The notes below the pieces were generated by a model, which was not told the DNA's origin, searched no databases, and saw only the letters and a list, made by a program, of their open reading frames with translations. Shown here piece by piece: positions 8,745 to 18,986 of a stretch of DNA of 64,000 bases. Position 1 is the first letter of the stretch. Each line of letters starts with the position of its first letter. This DNA is from an uncultured Christensenellaceae bacterium (lineage in GTDB: Bacteria > Bacillota > Clostridia > Christensenellales > CAG-314). The stretch lies in contig CAJUCX010000009.1 of assembly GCA_910585195.1 (NCBI GenBank), positions 43-64,042 on the forward strand, in the 5' to 3' direction. The position numbers and the translations under genes were made by a program.

Positions 8745-9962
8745 TTATTCTGCACAACTTCTGCCGGCAAGATACGCCGTTGAAAAAGCAACTTGTAAGT
8801 TAAAGCCGCCTGTCAATGCATCTATATCTATAATTTCGCCCGCAAAATATAAATTTGAAAACTTTTTACTTTGCATCGAAGTTGGATTTATCTCTTTTAC
8901 GTCAATTCCGCCGCAAGTTATTATCGCTTCTAAAATATCTTCTGTTCCGAATAAATTAAATTCCAGATTTTTAAGCAATTTTACTAGTTTTTGCCGCTGC
9001 TCTGCCGTTATTTGATTTACCTTTATTGTTGGCGAAATTCCGGATTTTTTAAGTATAACTGAAATAAGACTGCGAGGCAACAATTTATCCAACGAATTTG
9101 AAAATTGTTTATTTAACGTTTGCGAAAAATCTCTTTGAATGCGTAAGTCAAGTTCTTTTTCGCTCAATGCGGGTTTTAAGTCAATTGATAGTTTTAGTTT
9201 GGAAAAATCCTTACGATTGATTTTGCTTGACAACGTCAAAATCGTCGGACCGGAAACACCGTGATGTGTAAATAAAAGTTCACCGAATTCATTCTCGAAA
9301 ACTTTGCCGTTTTCAATAATTTTTACAGTAACGTTTTTTAGCGTTAACCCTGCCAATTCTTTGGGAGTGTCGGCTTTAAGTCCTATAAGACCTGCAACCG
9401 GTTTAATTATTTTATGCCCTATTTTGTCTGCAATTTCGAAACCGTCGCCGGTACTGCCCGTTGTCGGGTAACTTTTGCCGCCTGTACACAAGATATATTT
9501 ATCTGCGATTAATTTACCGCAAGTGGTATTTAAGGCGGAAACAGAGGAATTTTCGACCTCAAAATCCATTGCCGAACAGTTGTATAAAATTTTTACGTTA
9601 TATTGCTTTAATAATTTTTCAAAAACCTTTGTAACGTCGCTTGCCTTGTCAGATGAAGGAAAAACTCTGTTGCCGCGTTCCGTTTTTAACTTCAAACCGT
9701 TAGTTTCAAAAAAATTTATAGTATCACTAGGTGAAAAAGTATGTAATGCACTCAATAGAAATTTTTTGTTTGAAACGACGTTTTCCAAAAATTCGGCTAC
9801 GGCACAATTATTGGTAACGTTGCAACGGCCTTTACCGGTAATGTAAATCTTCTTGCCTAATTTTTCGTTTTTTTCTATTAAAGTAACGTCTGCACCGTTT
9901 TTTGCTGCAACTGTCGCAGACATTAGTCCTGCCGCTCCGCCGCCTATTATTACGACTTTCAT
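8745..9962 (-). CDS. NAD(P)/FAD-dependent oxidoreductase, HI0933/YhiN (BaiN-like) flavoprotein family
   Basis: 405 aa. N-terminal Rossmann motif VVIIGGGAAGLM, GKGRCNVTN motif, C-terminal FAGEIIDIDALTGGFNLQ. Confidence 0.85.
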   Translation of the reverse strand: MKVVIIGGGAAGLMSATVAAKNGADVTLIEKNEKLGKKIYITGKGRCNVTNNCAVAEFLENVVSNKKFLLSALHTFSPSDTINFFETNGLKLKTERGNRVFPSSDKASDVTKVFEKLLKQYNVKILYNCSAMDFEVENSSVSALNTTCGKLIADKYILCTGGKSYPTTGSTGDGFEIADKIGHKIIKPVAGLIGLKADTPKELAGLTLKNVTVKIIENGKVFENEFGELLFTHHGVSGPTILTLSSKINRKDFSKLKLSIDLKPALSEKELDLRIQRDFSQTLNKQFSNSLDKLLPRSLISVILKKSGISPTIKVNQITAEQRQKLVKLLKNLEFNLFGTEDILEAIITCGGIDVKEINPTSMQSKKFSNLYFAGEIIDIDALTGGFNLQVAFSTAYLAGRSCAE

Positions 9963-10693
9963 TTGAAAATTTCCTCTAATTTATGAAAAGACGAAAAGTC
10001 GCTCATAGAATATGTCAGCGGAGTGATTGTAATATAGCCTGCGTCAAGATATTTTACGTCGGTTTCTTCCTTTATATCTGCATAGCATTTAGGCGTGCCT
10101 TTTATATAAAAATCGTTGCCGTTTTGTACATAATGGTCGCCATAATCCCTTATGCCTTGCTTTGCTATTTTTATGCCCTTGATTTTTGTCTTTGTGCTGT
10201 CGGGCAAATTTACGTTTATTACTTTGTCGGGGTGTGCAGCCTGATAAAGTTTGTCAAGGTTTTTTGCAATAAATTCCGCACAATTAAAATAATCGTTGTC
10301 GTCGTAAGAAACGGAAGAAACGGCAATAGACGGCACTCCTAAAATGTTTGCCTCTATCGCGGCGCTTACCGTGCCCGAATATACAACGTCCGAACCGACG
10401 TTTGCCCCTCTATTTATGCCGGAAATTACAATGTCTACGTCTACGCACATATGGCGTATGGCAAATTTAACGCAATCGACAGGCGTTCCTTCGATTGCAT
10501 ATGCCTTTGCGCCGTAATTTTCAATTTCCTCCACACGTATCGGAGTGCGTATAGATAAGTGATGTCCGACGGACGACATTTCCTTCTTTGGGGCTGCAAC
10601 AATTAAATTGTGATTGTATATTGACAGAACTTTTGAAAGTGTTTTAATACCTTCAGCAAAAATACCGTCATCGTTTACTAGCAATATTTTCAT
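9959..10693 (-). CDS. surE: 5'/3'-nucleotidase SurE
   Basis: 244 aa with MKILLVNDDGIFAEGI and GINRGANVG motifs. Confidence 0.92.
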   Translation of the reverse strand: MKILLVNDDGIFAEGIKTLSKVLSIYNHNLIVAAPKKEMSSVGHHLSIRTPIRVEEIENYGAKAYAIEGTPVDCVKFAIRHMCVDVDIVISGINRGANVGSDVVYSGTVSAAIEANILGVPSIAVSSVSYDDNDYFNCAEFIAKNLDKLYQAAHPDKVINVNLPDSTKTKIKGIKIAKQGIRDYGDHYVQNGNDFYIKGTPKCYADIKEETDVKYLDAGYITITPLTYSMSDFSSFHKLEEIFK

Positions 10694-10740
10694 TTTATCT
10701 CTTCTTAAAAATCAGTCAGGTTGTTGCCTGACTGATTTTA

Positions 10741-12138
10741 TTAAACCGGTAATACTTTATTATTTTTATCGTAAATTTTGGAATCTATTCCATATTTTTT
10801 TGCTTGTCGGTACTTAAAGAAGTTTAACGCTACTTGTTGGAATACCGCATAACTTAAAACGTCTTCTTCCTGCTCGTAATATTCTTTAATTTCGTCCTTA
10901 AATTTATCGAGTTCCGGACTTAAATCATCCGCAGGTCTGTGCGTAATACGCGGCGTATCGCCCAAAATTTGTTTTACGATTGCTTTGTCCGGTTCTGCCG
11001 GCAATCTGCCGTATTCACCTTTAAGAACACCCTTTGTTTCGTTTGTAACGGTAGAATAGCGCTTGCCCGTAATTACGTTAAGCACTGCCTGCGTACCTAC
11101 AATTTGACTTGAAGGAGTAACCAGCGGCGGATAACCAAAGTCTTTGCGAACTCTCGGTACTTCTGCAAGAGCTTCTTCCAGTTTATCGCTTTTGCCTTGC
11201 TGTTTAAGTTGACTTATAAGGTTTGAAAGCATACCGCCGGGAACTTGGTACAACAATGCATTTACGTCGACTTTAAGCACTTTGGTAGTCAAGAAACCGT
11301 CGTCTGTAAGACGCTTTGCAACACCCTTAAAGTGGTCGTTAATTTCAGACAGCAAAGCCAAATCAAGCCCTGTATCATATTCTGTACCCTGCAAAACCGC
11401 AACCATTGATTCGGTTGAAGGCTGACTGGTACCGTCGCCCAATGCGGAAATTGCCGTGTCTATGATGTCGACTCCCGCCTCTATTGCTTTCATATAAACC
11501 ATATTGCCTGTTCCTGCCGTATTGTGAGTATGCAAATGAATAGGAACGTTTACGGCTTCTTTAAGCGCTTTGATAAGTTCGTATGCTTCATACGGCAACA
11601 AAATACCTGCCATATCTTTAATGCAAATAATGTCCGCACCCATTTCTACCATTTCTTTGGCAAGGTTTACGAAATATTCTCTTGTGTGAACGGGACTTGT
11701 GGTATATGACATTGCGATTTCACAGGTGCCGCCGAATTTTTTGGTTGCTTTTACGGCTGTTTCGATATTTCTGGTATCGTTTAACGCATCAAAAATTCTT
11801 ATTATATCAATGCCGTTTTTTAAGGAAAGTTCTACAAACTTTTCCACAACGTCGTCGGCATAATGCCTGTACCCCAACAAATTTTGACCGCGCAACAGCA
11901 TTTGAAGCTTTGTATTTGGCAATGCCTTTCTCAATGCGCGAAGTCTGTCCCACGGGTCTTCATTCAAAAACCTTAAACAAGTGTCAAATGTTGCACCGCC
12001 CCAAACTTCCAGAGAGTGGTAACCTACTTTGTCAAGTTTGTCGCAAATAGGCAACATTTCGTCCAAGCGCATTCTTGTTGCCGCTTGTGATTGGTGCGCG
12101 TCTCTTAATATCGTATCGGTAATTAAAACTTTACTCAT
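10741..12138 (-). CDS. Oxaloacetate decarboxylase alpha / transcarboxylase 5S-type carboxyltransferase subunit (no biotinyl domain)
   Basis: 465 aa. ITDTILRDAHQS, HLHTHNTAG and KDMAG motifs of the HMGL-like/5S carboxyltransferase fold. The ORF ends without an AMKM biotinylation domain. Confidence 0.88.
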   Translation of the reverse strand: MSKVLITDTILRDAHQSQAATRMRLDEMLPICDKLDKVGYHSLEVWGGATFDTCLRFLNEDPWDRLRALRKALPNTKLQMLLRGQNLLGYRHYADDVVEKFVELSLKNGIDIIRIFDALNDTRNIETAVKATKKFGGTCEIAMSYTTSPVHTREYFVNLAKEMVEMGADIICIKDMAGILLPYEAYELIKALKEAVNVPIHLHTHNTAGTGNMVYMKAIEAGVDIIDTAISALGDGTSQPSTESMVAVLQGTEYDTGLDLALLSEINDHFKGVAKRLTDDGFLTTKVLKVDVNALLYQVPGGMLSNLISQLKQQGKSDKLEEALAEVPRVRKDFGYPPLVTPSSQIVGTQAVLNVITGKRYSTVTNETKGVLKGEYGRLPAEPDKAIVKQILGDTPRITHRPADDLSPELDKFKDEIKEYYEQEEDVLSYAVFQQVALNFFKYRQAKKYGIDSKIYDKNNKVLPV

Positions 12139-12153
12139 TTTTATAATCTCCTA

Positions 12154-13338
12154 TCAAGCGAAGAATGCAAGCAATACGCCTGCCGCCACTGCGGAACCTA
12201 TAACGCCGGCAACGTTAGGTCCCATTGCATGCATAAGCAAATAATTTTCGGGGTCGGTTTCTTGCCCGACTTTTTGCGCAACACGCGCCGCCATAGGCAC
12301 TGCGGAAACGCCCGCTGCCCCAATAAGCGGATTGATTTTTCCCTTTGTAAGTTTGCACATGAGTTTGCCGAAAAGCACGCCGCTTGCCGTTGCAATACAA
12401 AATGCAATCAAACCCAATGCAATTATACCAAGTGTCTTTGCCTGCAAGAATGTCGGTCCGTAGGCTTTTGCGCCGACGACTATACCCAACATTATGGTAA
12501 TAATATTCATTAATTCATTTTGTGCGGTTTTACTCAGTCTGTCAACTACACCGCTTTCTTTCATGAGATTACCAAGCATCAGCATACCCAAAAGAGGCAA
12601 AGACGACGGTAAAATCAAACCTACGACAAGCGTAACCATTATAGGAAAAATAATTTTTTCTTTTTTGGAAACTGTTCTTAGTTGTTCCATTCTTATTGCG
12701 CGTTCTTTTTTAGTAGTAAGCAACTTCATAATAGGTGGCTGAATTGCAGGAATAAGCGCCATATATGAATATGCAGCAATTGCTATTGCCGGCAATAAAG
12801 CATCTGCAAGTTTAGTTGTAACGTAAATTGCGGTAGGTCCGTCTGCGCCGCCGATAATTGCTATCGAGGCGGCTTCTAAAACGTTAAAGCCAAGCAGTAT
12901 TGCACCTATAAAGGTTACAAAAATACCTATCTGCGCCGCCGCGCCAAGCAAAATACTTTTTGGATTTGCAATCATGGGACCGAAATCCGTCATTGCGCCT
13001 ATACCTAAAAAGATAAGCGGCGGAAAGATAACCAAATCTACGCCTTGATAAAGAAAATAAAGCAAACCGCCCTTTTCGCCAATTTCGGGGTCAGGTGTTG
13101 CAAACAAGATTTCCCTTGCCCCCGGGATATTTATTATAAACATACCGAATGCGATAGGTAAAAGCAACAGCGGTTCAAATTTTTTGACGATTGCCAGATA
13201 AAACAATATAAACGAAATGGCTAACATTACGTAATTTTCCCAGCCGGACGCAACGACGCCCGTACTGTTCCAAAAATTAACCAGTGTCTCGACTATATCG
13301 ATATCAAGCAGTCTTGAACACAAATAATCCATAAACAA
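12154..13338 (-). CDS. Sodium ion-translocating decarboxylase beta subunit (OadB/MmdB/GcdB family)
   Basis: 394-aa polytopic membrane protein with family-typical IGGADGPT and [15 protein letters not shown] segments. Operon context. Confidence 0.9.
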   Translation of the reverse strand: MFMDYLCSRLLDIDIVETLVNFWNSTGVVASGWENYVMLAISFILFYLAIVKKFEPLLLLPIAFGMFIINIPGAREILFATPDPEIGEKGGLLYFLYQGVDLVIFPPLIFLGIGAMTDFGPMIANPKSILLGAAAQIGIFVTFIGAILLGFNVLEAASIAIIGGADGPTAIYVTTKLADALLPAIAIAAYSYMALIPAIQPPIMKLLTTKKERAIRMEQLRTVSKKEKIIFPIMVTLVVGLILPSSLPLLGMLMLGNLMKESGVVDRLSKTAQNELMNIITIMLGIVVGAKAYGPTFLQAKTLGIIALGLIAFCIATASGVLFGKLMCKLTKGKINPLIGAAGVSAVPMAARVAQKVGQETDPENYLLMHAMGPNVAGVIGSAVAAGVLLAFFA

Positions 13339-13341
13339 CTC

Positions 13342-13701
13342 CTAGCCGATATAAGCCAAAACAGCCCCAGTATCTACGTTGGCACCCTTTTGTGCCGCAA
13401 AGGTAATTACGCCGTCTGCACTTGCGGCAATTTCGTTTTCCATCTTCATTGCTTCAAGCACAATTACTCCTTGCCCTTTTTTAACGCTTGCGCCGTCATT
13501 TACCAAAAAGCGCACAACCATACCAGGCATAGGTGCTTTAAGTTCCGTACCGCTGCCTTTGACGACAGGTTTTGCAGGCACTGGCGACGCCTCAGCCGCA
13601 CTAGATACTGTCGGCGCAGTTGATGCAGAAGCGCTTCCGCCTACTTCTTCAACTTCTACTTGATAACTGTTACCGTTTACGTTTACAACAAATTTTCTCA
13701 T
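13342..13701 (-). CDS. Biotin carboxyl carrier protein (biotinyl/lipoyl domain, 1.3S/MmdC/GcdC-like)
   Basis: 119 aa. Ala/Pro-rich linker followed by the EAMKMENEI biotinylation motif. Confidence 0.9.
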   Translation of the reverse strand: MRKFVVNVNGNSYQVEVEEVGGSASASTAPTVSSAAEASPVPAKPVVKGSGTELKAPMPGMVVRFLVNDGASVKKGQGVIVLEAMKMENEIAASADGVITFAAQKGANVDTGAVLAYIG

Positions 13702-13705
13702 AATA

Positions 13706-14059
13706 TTAACCCCGTTTAATTTTTTCTATTTTTCTTATGACAAATTCCGCGTCGGAATCCACCGTTTCGTCTTCTTCCAACATTGCATATATACAAGCGG
13801 AAATTGCTGCAACCAACTCGTCGTCATTTTCTTGCGGTGCCGAGTTTTTAGCAGGTTGCGGTGATACAACGGCAGGCGACGGTTTTGCTTTTTTATTGTC
13901 AATAGCCTGAAAAATTTTACTTTGCGCCCACAATAAAAAAATGATTATTGACAAAACCGCAAATACGACAAGAATGCCGATTAACGCTACTAACAAAGAG
14001 TCCGTTACGGTAAAATTGTCAATGTCTACTGCATCAAGCAATAAATGTGAATATCTCAT
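13706..14059 (-). CDS. OadG-family small membrane subunit of Na+-pumping decarboxylase
   Basis: 117 aa. Single N-terminal TM helix (LLVALIGILVVFAVLSIIIFLLW) then an Ala/Pro-rich linker. Sits between the carboxyltransferase and the biotin carrier. Confidence 0.7.
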   Translation of the reverse strand: MRYSHLLLDAVDIDNFTVTDSLLVALIGILVVFAVLSIIIFLLWAQSKIFQAIDNKKAKPSPAVVSPQPAKNSAPQENDDELVAAISACIYAMLEEDETVDSDAEFVIRKIEKIKRG

Positions 14060-14073
14060 AACAAATCACCCCG

Positions 14074-15456
14074 TTAATCGTTGCACATTACTTGTAATTT
14101 GGAAATCAAATAAATCCTAGAATTTTTTGCTTCTATCACACTGTTGACAAACCCATTTTGTGCCGCAATATACGGGTCGGAGTCCATCGTCTCATATTTT
14201 TCTATTGCGGCATTTCTTGCCGAAACAGGGTCGTCTGCCTTGGAAATTTCTTCTTGATACATAACCAAACCGCCTACCGATTTTTCAACAGGCGCAATCA
14301 CCGCATTTTCCCATGCAATGACGCTGTGTTGATAACCAAGTGAAGACGATGCAAACAAGGTGTAACCCAACCCTATTGCATTGCCTGTAATAAGTGAAAC
14401 TCTGTCTATCTGTGCAAGTTTTTTTGTTAAATTCGCAATAGCGTAAATTATTGTAGATTGTTCTAAATCGATAGATTTTTCAATGCCTTTGCAATCTACC
14501 AACGAAATAAGCGGCAAGTCGTAGCCAAACACCAAGTCTGCAAATTTATTTAATTTTTTGACTGCATTTTGGTTGATTCTGCCGTCGTCTATTGCAGAAT
14601 TGTTTGCCAAAATTGCAACGCTGTAACCGCCTATTTTTGCAAAACCGGTAATTACTCTGTCGTCAAATTTCTCGTAAATTTCAATAAAACTGTCTTTATC
14701 TGCAAGTAGTTTAACTTTTTCTCTTACGTCTGAGGTTTTTTCTATTTTTGCAACTGCTCTGTTAAGTTCCGCATCGGACGGAGCCACGTACTCTTTTGAT
14801 ACAGTCGTAGCAAGAAGTTTTGCAATATGACTGCCCAATTCGTTTTTGCCGACGATAAAAGAACAAAGTCCCGATTTTTCCTCATTTACTTTTTTACCGA
14901 AAAGGTCGGTTTCTTTTTCGTTTGCGTTTTCGCGTGCCGCAAGCACTGACGGACTGTTTAATGCAATAATACCGTCATCCGTCATATAAACGAAGTCGCA
15001 AAGACCTGCAAATAAAGCCATACTGCCCAAAGCATTGCCCTTTACAATGCAAATGCTAGGCTGTACCATATCTGCCAAAATATCAACTAACTTCGAATAA
15101 CAGTCAAGCAATTCTATCCCTTCGTCGATTTTTCCGCCGCAAGAGTCAAGCACAAATACAACCGGTAATTTATTATAATTGCTTGCAATATTACAAGCAT
15201 TTATAAATTTTTCCGCTTGTCGTTTGCTCATTCCGCCTTGCATAACTTCGCTGTTTTGTGCAACAACATAGACTAAGGTTCCGCCTATTGATGCTTGTCC
15301 GCATACCACGCTTTCACCGTTTTCTTCGTTGGCGAAAAATTCATTGTTTTCCACAAAACTTTTTTCGTCGATAAAAGCGGTTAGGAAGTCCTTTATGCCT
15401 TTAGTGCATTGTTTGTGCCGATTTTGCCTTTCGGCCAGCAACTGTTTCCTGTCCAT
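14074..15456 (-). CDS. Acyl-CoA carboxyltransferase (Carboxyl_trans / 12S-like alpha subunit), divergent and short
   Basis: 460 aa with two crotonase-like halves (VVAQNSEVMQGGMS...DSCGGKIDEG and ILANNSAIDDGRIN...LVDCKGI) resembling methylmalonyl/glutaconyl-CoA decarboxylase alpha subunits. First gene of the operon. Confidence 0.75.
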   Translation of the reverse strand: MDRKQLLAERQNRHKQCTKGIKDFLTAFIDEKSFVENNEFFANEENGESVVCGQASIGGTLVYVVAQNSEVMQGGMSKRQAEKFINACNIASNYNKLPVVFVLDSCGGKIDEGIELLDCYSKLVDILADMVQPSICIVKGNALGSMALFAGLCDFVYMTDDGIIALNSPSVLAARENANEKETDLFGKKVNEEKSGLCSFIVGKNELGSHIAKLLATTVSKEYVAPSDAELNRAVAKIEKTSDVREKVKLLADKDSFIEIYEKFDDRVITGFAKIGGYSVAILANNSAIDDGRINQNAVKKLNKFADLVFGYDLPLISLVDCKGIEKSIDLEQSTIIYAIANLTKKLAQIDRVSLITGNAIGLGYTLFASSSLGYQHSVIAWENAVIAPVEKSVGGLVMYQEEISKADDPVSARNAAIEKYETMDSDPYIAAQNGFVNSVIEAKNSRIYLISKLQVMCND

Positions 15457-15526
15457 AGTTCCTCCCTATGTAATTTACTAGTAATCTCTTAAAAATCTAT
15501 GTAAAAACTACCCAATATATAAATAT

Positions 15527-15555
15527 AGTATAAAGCCTAAAAAAAACTTTGTAAA
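15527..15555 (-). promoter_or_regulatory. Candidate sigmaA promoter of the decarboxylase operon
   Basis: Minus strand: TTTACA (15555-15550), 17 nt, TATACT (15532-15527). The start codon at 15456 has SD GGGAGGAA. Confidence 0.5.
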
Positions 15556-15571
15556 TACCCTTGCGAGTCTT

Positions 15572-15608
15572 TTTTGAAAAAAAATAAAATCGGCATTTTG
15601 CCGATTTT
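15572..15608 (-). terminator. Rho-independent terminator of rluB
   Basis: 10-bp stem aaaatcggca / tgccgatttt with a 3-nt loop, overlapping the rluB stop. On the minus strand it is followed by U8. Confidence 0.8.
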
Positions 15609-16317
15609 ATTTAATCGATTTAAGATAATCTATTTCTTTGTCGTTGAGATATCGCCATTGTCCTCTCGCCAATCCTCCCAAGCGAATATCGCCCATTTCG
15701 GTTCTTTTAAGAAATACTACAGTTTTTCCTATTGTCTCGAACATTTTTTTGACCTGGTGATTTTTACCCTCGTGAATCGTCAATTCCACACGACATTCTT
15801 TGTCGGTTTTTTCCAACAACTTTGCTTTTGCAGGCGCGGTTTTTTTACCGTCGATAATTACACCGTTGCGCAAAGTCGTAAGTTCACTTTCGGAAATTTC
15901 ACCCTCAATCCTTGCGATATATTTTTTTGTTACTTCGTATTTAGGATGCGTAAGTTTATATGTCATATCGCCGTCATTTGTCAACAGCAACAATCCTTCC
16001 GTATCATAATCCAATCGACCGACGGGATAAACTCTTGACTTTATATCGATAAGTTCCATAACGGTTTTTCTGTCTTTATCGTCTTTTACCGTAGTAACGT
16101 ATCCTTTTGGCTTGTGCAACATTAAATAAACATTTTTATTTTTTGGAGTTATTTTTTTGCCGTCTACCGTTACCGTGTCGTTGTCTTCGTTTATCATAAA
16201 GCCAAGTTCGTTTATTAGTTTACGATTTACTCTAACTCGATTTTCGGTGATGATTTTATCGCAGTTTCTTCTGCTGTCAACGCCGCAGTCTGCCATATAT
16301 TTGTTAAGTCTTATCAT
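15607..16317 (-). CDS. rluB: 23S rRNA pseudouridine synthase (RluB/RsuA family)
   Basis: S4 domain (MIRLNKYMADCGVDSRRNCDKII) plus the catalytic GRLDYDTEGLLLLTNDG motif. Start taken at the internal ATG 16317; the track ORF extends to 16350. Confidence 0.9.
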   Translation of the reverse strand: MIRLNKYMADCGVDSRRNCDKIITENRVRVNRKLINELGFMINEDNDTVTVDGKKITPKNKNVYLMLHKPKGYVTTVKDDKDRKTVMELIDIKSRVYPVGRLDYDTEGLLLLTNDGDMTYKLTHPKYEVTKKYIARIEGEISESELTTLRNGVIIDGKKTAPAKAKLLEKTDKECRVELTIHEGKNHQVKKMFETIGKTVVFLKRTEMGDIRLGGLARGQWRYLNDKEIDYLKSIK

Positions 16318-17443
16318 TTGAATTTTTCTCCGAAGGAAAAAGCAAATCAAAAATATTTGCTTTTTTTACTTCGTTAAGTGTAACGATATTTGAAGAAAAA
16401 ATCAACTGATTGTTAAATGAAATTTCAATTTGACCGACTTTTTGATTTTTGCATACTGGTGCTTTAATCGAGTTTTCGATATCTATTGATGTTGAAACTA
16501 AGTTGTCTTCACTCCCGTCTTTTTTGAGCGGATAACTGAAAGTTTGTTCTACATTGACGTTTACAAAATCTTCTTTGCCTTTTACTACACTTACGTAGTT
16601 TGAATTTAAGCAGTTTTCAGTCAAGTTGCGCATTTCGTAATTATTAAAGCAGTTTTCCATAATTGTCATACTGTCTTCAAACATCGGACCGCAATTTAAC
16701 AATACTACTACCAATTGCATTCCTTCGCGCTCTGCCGCGCCGACAAAACATCTGCCAGCTTTTTTTGTATAACCTGTTTTAACGCCGTTTGCGCCGTCAA
16801 ATTGTTTTAGTATCTTATTTTTATTTAATATAACTCTTTGGTAATCATACCCTTCGTTTGAAATTAAAACTTTTTGCGTAGAAACTATTTCTTTTACGAT
16901 ATCATTGTTCATCGCCGCGCAGGCTATCAAGCCCAAATCGTGTGCCGAAGTATAGTGATTGTCGTCAGGCAAACCGTGCGGATTTGTAAAATTTGTATTT
17001 GTGCAGCCAAGTTCCCTTGCCTTTTCATTCATCATATCTGCAAAAGTATCTATACTGCCGCCTGCATGAAGCGCCAACGCTACCGCACAATCGTTGCCGC
17101 TTTGCAACATTAGTCCGTATAATAACTCTTTGACGGTAAGATGTTCTCCCGCACGCAGATATATAGAAGAACCTTCAACCCCCTGCGCTTGTCTTGGTAT
17201 TTCAACAACTTCGTCAATATTGCAATTTTCCGCTACGACTAATGCAGTCATTATTTTTGTAGTACTTGCTTCCGGTAATTGTTGATTTGGATTTTTTTCA
17301 TATAATATACGGCCGGAATTTGCCTCTATAACAACGCACGCTTTTGCCGAAGTATTTACGTCGGTTGCCGCATAAACACCCGACGGAGCCAAAAATAAAA
17401 GGCACAACGGAATTATGAGCAGAAATTTATAAAATTTTTTCAT
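16304..17443 (-). CDS. D-alanyl-D-alanine carboxypeptidase (peptidase S11, PBP5-like), secreted
   Basis: 379 aa. Signal peptide, SxxK motif ASTTKIMT, SGN motif (QSGND), KTG motif (VKTGYT). Confidence 0.9.
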   Translation of the reverse strand: MKKFYKFLLIIPLCLLFLAPSGVYAATDVNTSAKACVVIEANSGRILYEKNPNQQLPEASTTKIMTALVVAENCNIDEVVEIPRQAQGVEGSSIYLRAGEHLTVKELLYGLMLQSGNDCAVALALHAGGSIDTFADMMNEKARELGCTNTNFTNPHGLPDDNHYTSAHDLGLIACAAMNNDIVKEIVSTQKVLISNEGYDYQRVILNKNKILKQFDGANGVKTGYTKKAGRCFVGAAEREGMQLVVVLLNCGPMFEDSMTIMENCFNNYEMRNLTENCLNSNYVSVVKGKEDFVNVNVEQTFSYPLKKDGSEDNLVSTSIDIENSIKAPVCKNQKVGQIEISFNNQLIFSSNIVTLNEVKKANIFDLLFPSEKNSNDKT

Positions 17444-17824
17444 TTAACACCTGTTCATATGCAAAAAAATATCTTTGGCAAGGTCTGCAAATTTATCGAC
17501 TTCGGTCTGATTGTTTTCCGTGCTGATTAATTGCACCTTATCGCAAGTAACTATAAGAAAGCCTATCGGTGTAATAGACGCGCCGCCGCCGGATGCCCCT
17601 GCAAATTGATTTATTGTTCCGTTTGACATAATGCCGGGTTTCTTTCCGCCGTATTCTCCGCCGCCGGCGGCAAAACCAAACGATACTTGCGATATAGGCA
17701 AAATCGTACAGCCGTCGGGTGTTACGAATGGTTTTCCTATTACAGAATCTGCATCAGTAAGCGCTTTCAGATGATAACTCATACCGTCGACGATTTCTTT
17801 AATTTTATTTTGAGTTGCTTCCAT
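17444..17824 (-). CDS. ytfJ: Sporulation protein YtfJ (GerW family)
   Basis: 126 aa. VIGKPFVTPDGCTILPISQVSFGFAAGGGEYG matches the YtfJ/GerW signature. SD GGAG 7 nt upstream of the ATG at 17824. Confidence 0.85.
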   Translation of the reverse strand: MEATQNKIKEIVDGMSYHLKALTDADSVIGKPFVTPDGCTILPISQVSFGFAAGGGEYGGKKPGIMSNGTINQFAGASGGGASITPIGFLIVTCDKVQLISTENNQTEVDKFADLAKDIFLHMNRC

Positions 17825-18291
17825 AAATATACTCCGAATGACGTTATTATTCTAAATATAATGTCTGCAATTGAAGAACAAAATATTCCTTCCGCTGAGA
17901 TGAGTTTTTGGTTGTAGGCATTTTGAAAGTAAACATAAAATTTATCTTGATATATTTGACGGCAAATTGTAACAACGCTGTTAATTGCAGATAAAAAGCA
18001 AGCGGTCTGTCGGAAATCAAAAATAAACATTATGCAAGCGGTTTTTAATTTGAACGCTTTTTTTATATTGATTTTTTTATTTTTGAAACTTACTTCCAAA
18101 GGTTTTTTGTTTTTTCCGTCAATAATTTTTACGCCGTCAATATAAAAATATTTGGTAATTATCTTTACAAAATCAAACAGTTTCACTTGTAAAGATAAAT
18201 GTTTTTTGACAAAATCAACCGAGAGTCCGAAATAAAATTTAAGCGGGCAAAACAACAAAAAAATTATCAATAAAAAAAACAATGCCAACAT
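17779..18291 (-). CDS. DUF2953-like membrane protein (YtfI-like, sporulation associated)
   Basis: 170 aa with an N-terminal TM helix. It sits immediately upstream of ytfJ, as ytfI does in B. subtilis. The family assignment rests on context and architecture only. Confidence 0.5.
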   Translation of the reverse strand: MLALFFLLIIFLLFCPLKFYFGLSVDFVKKHLSLQVKLFDFVKIITKYFYIDGVKIIDGKNKKPLEVSFKNKKINIKKAFKLKTACIMFIFDFRQTACFLSAINSVVTICRQIYQDKFYVYFQNAYNQKLISAEGIFCSSIADIIFRIITSFGVYLWKQLKIKLKKSSTV

Positions 18292-18320
18292 AATGTTAGC
18301 ATTGTGAAAAACAGATTTAA

Positions 18321-18986
18321 TTATTCAATAATTTCTACCTGTTCGTCTTTCAAAAACTCAGGTATCTCTTCTTTTTCCGGTATATCGACACCAATATTTT
18401 CATTTGACTTCATATCGAATAAACTGGTGTCTTCTTCTTTAATCGGTATTGTTTCTATTCTATCGGCAAGAGATTCATAGTCAGGCAAGTCGTCTAAGTC
18501 GTTTAGAGAAAATCTCTTCAAAAATTCGTCGGTAGTACCAAACAATAACGGCTTGCCGACAGCGTCTTTTTTTCCGACTACTTCGATAAGATTCATTTTT
18601 GACAGGTTTTGTACGGCATAAGTACAGTCAACACCGCGAATTTCTTCGATTTCAAGCCTTGTGATTGGCTGCTTGTACGCAATAATCGACAACGTTTCCA
18701 GCATCGCTTTAGTAAGTTCTTTTTCTCTTATAGGGTTAAGCACTTCCGCAACGGCGTCTATGTACTTTGGATTAGTGGCAAATTGCAATTTATTTTTGAA
18801 CTTCAACACGTTTATTCCGCAATCTTCGGAATATTTTTTTTGCAAGTCAGACAGTGCTTTGTCAAATTTTGCGCGTGAGATTTGCAGTTTTTCCAACAAA
18901 AAATCAATTTCAACTTCTTTACCGGAAGCAAATAAAATGGCTTCCAGTTTATTTACTAATTTTTCTTTATCCATTATATTCCTCAT
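18321..18986 (-). CDS. scpB: Segregation and condensation protein B
   Basis: 221 aa. LEAILFASGKEV and LSIIAYKQPITRLEIEEIRGVD winged-helix motifs. Follows scpA. The start could be the ATG at 18974. Confidence 0.92.
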   Translation of the reverse strand: MRNIMDKEKLVNKLEAILFASGKEVEIDFLLEKLQISRAKFDKALSDLQKKYSEDCGINVLKFKNKLQFATNPKYIDAVAEVLNPIREKELTKAMLETLSIIAYKQPITRLEIEEIRGVDCTYAVQNLSKMNLIEVVGKKDAVGKPLLFGTTDEFLKRFSLNDLDDLPDYESLADRIETIPIKEEDTSLFDMKSNENIGVDIPEKEEIPEFLKDEQVEIIE

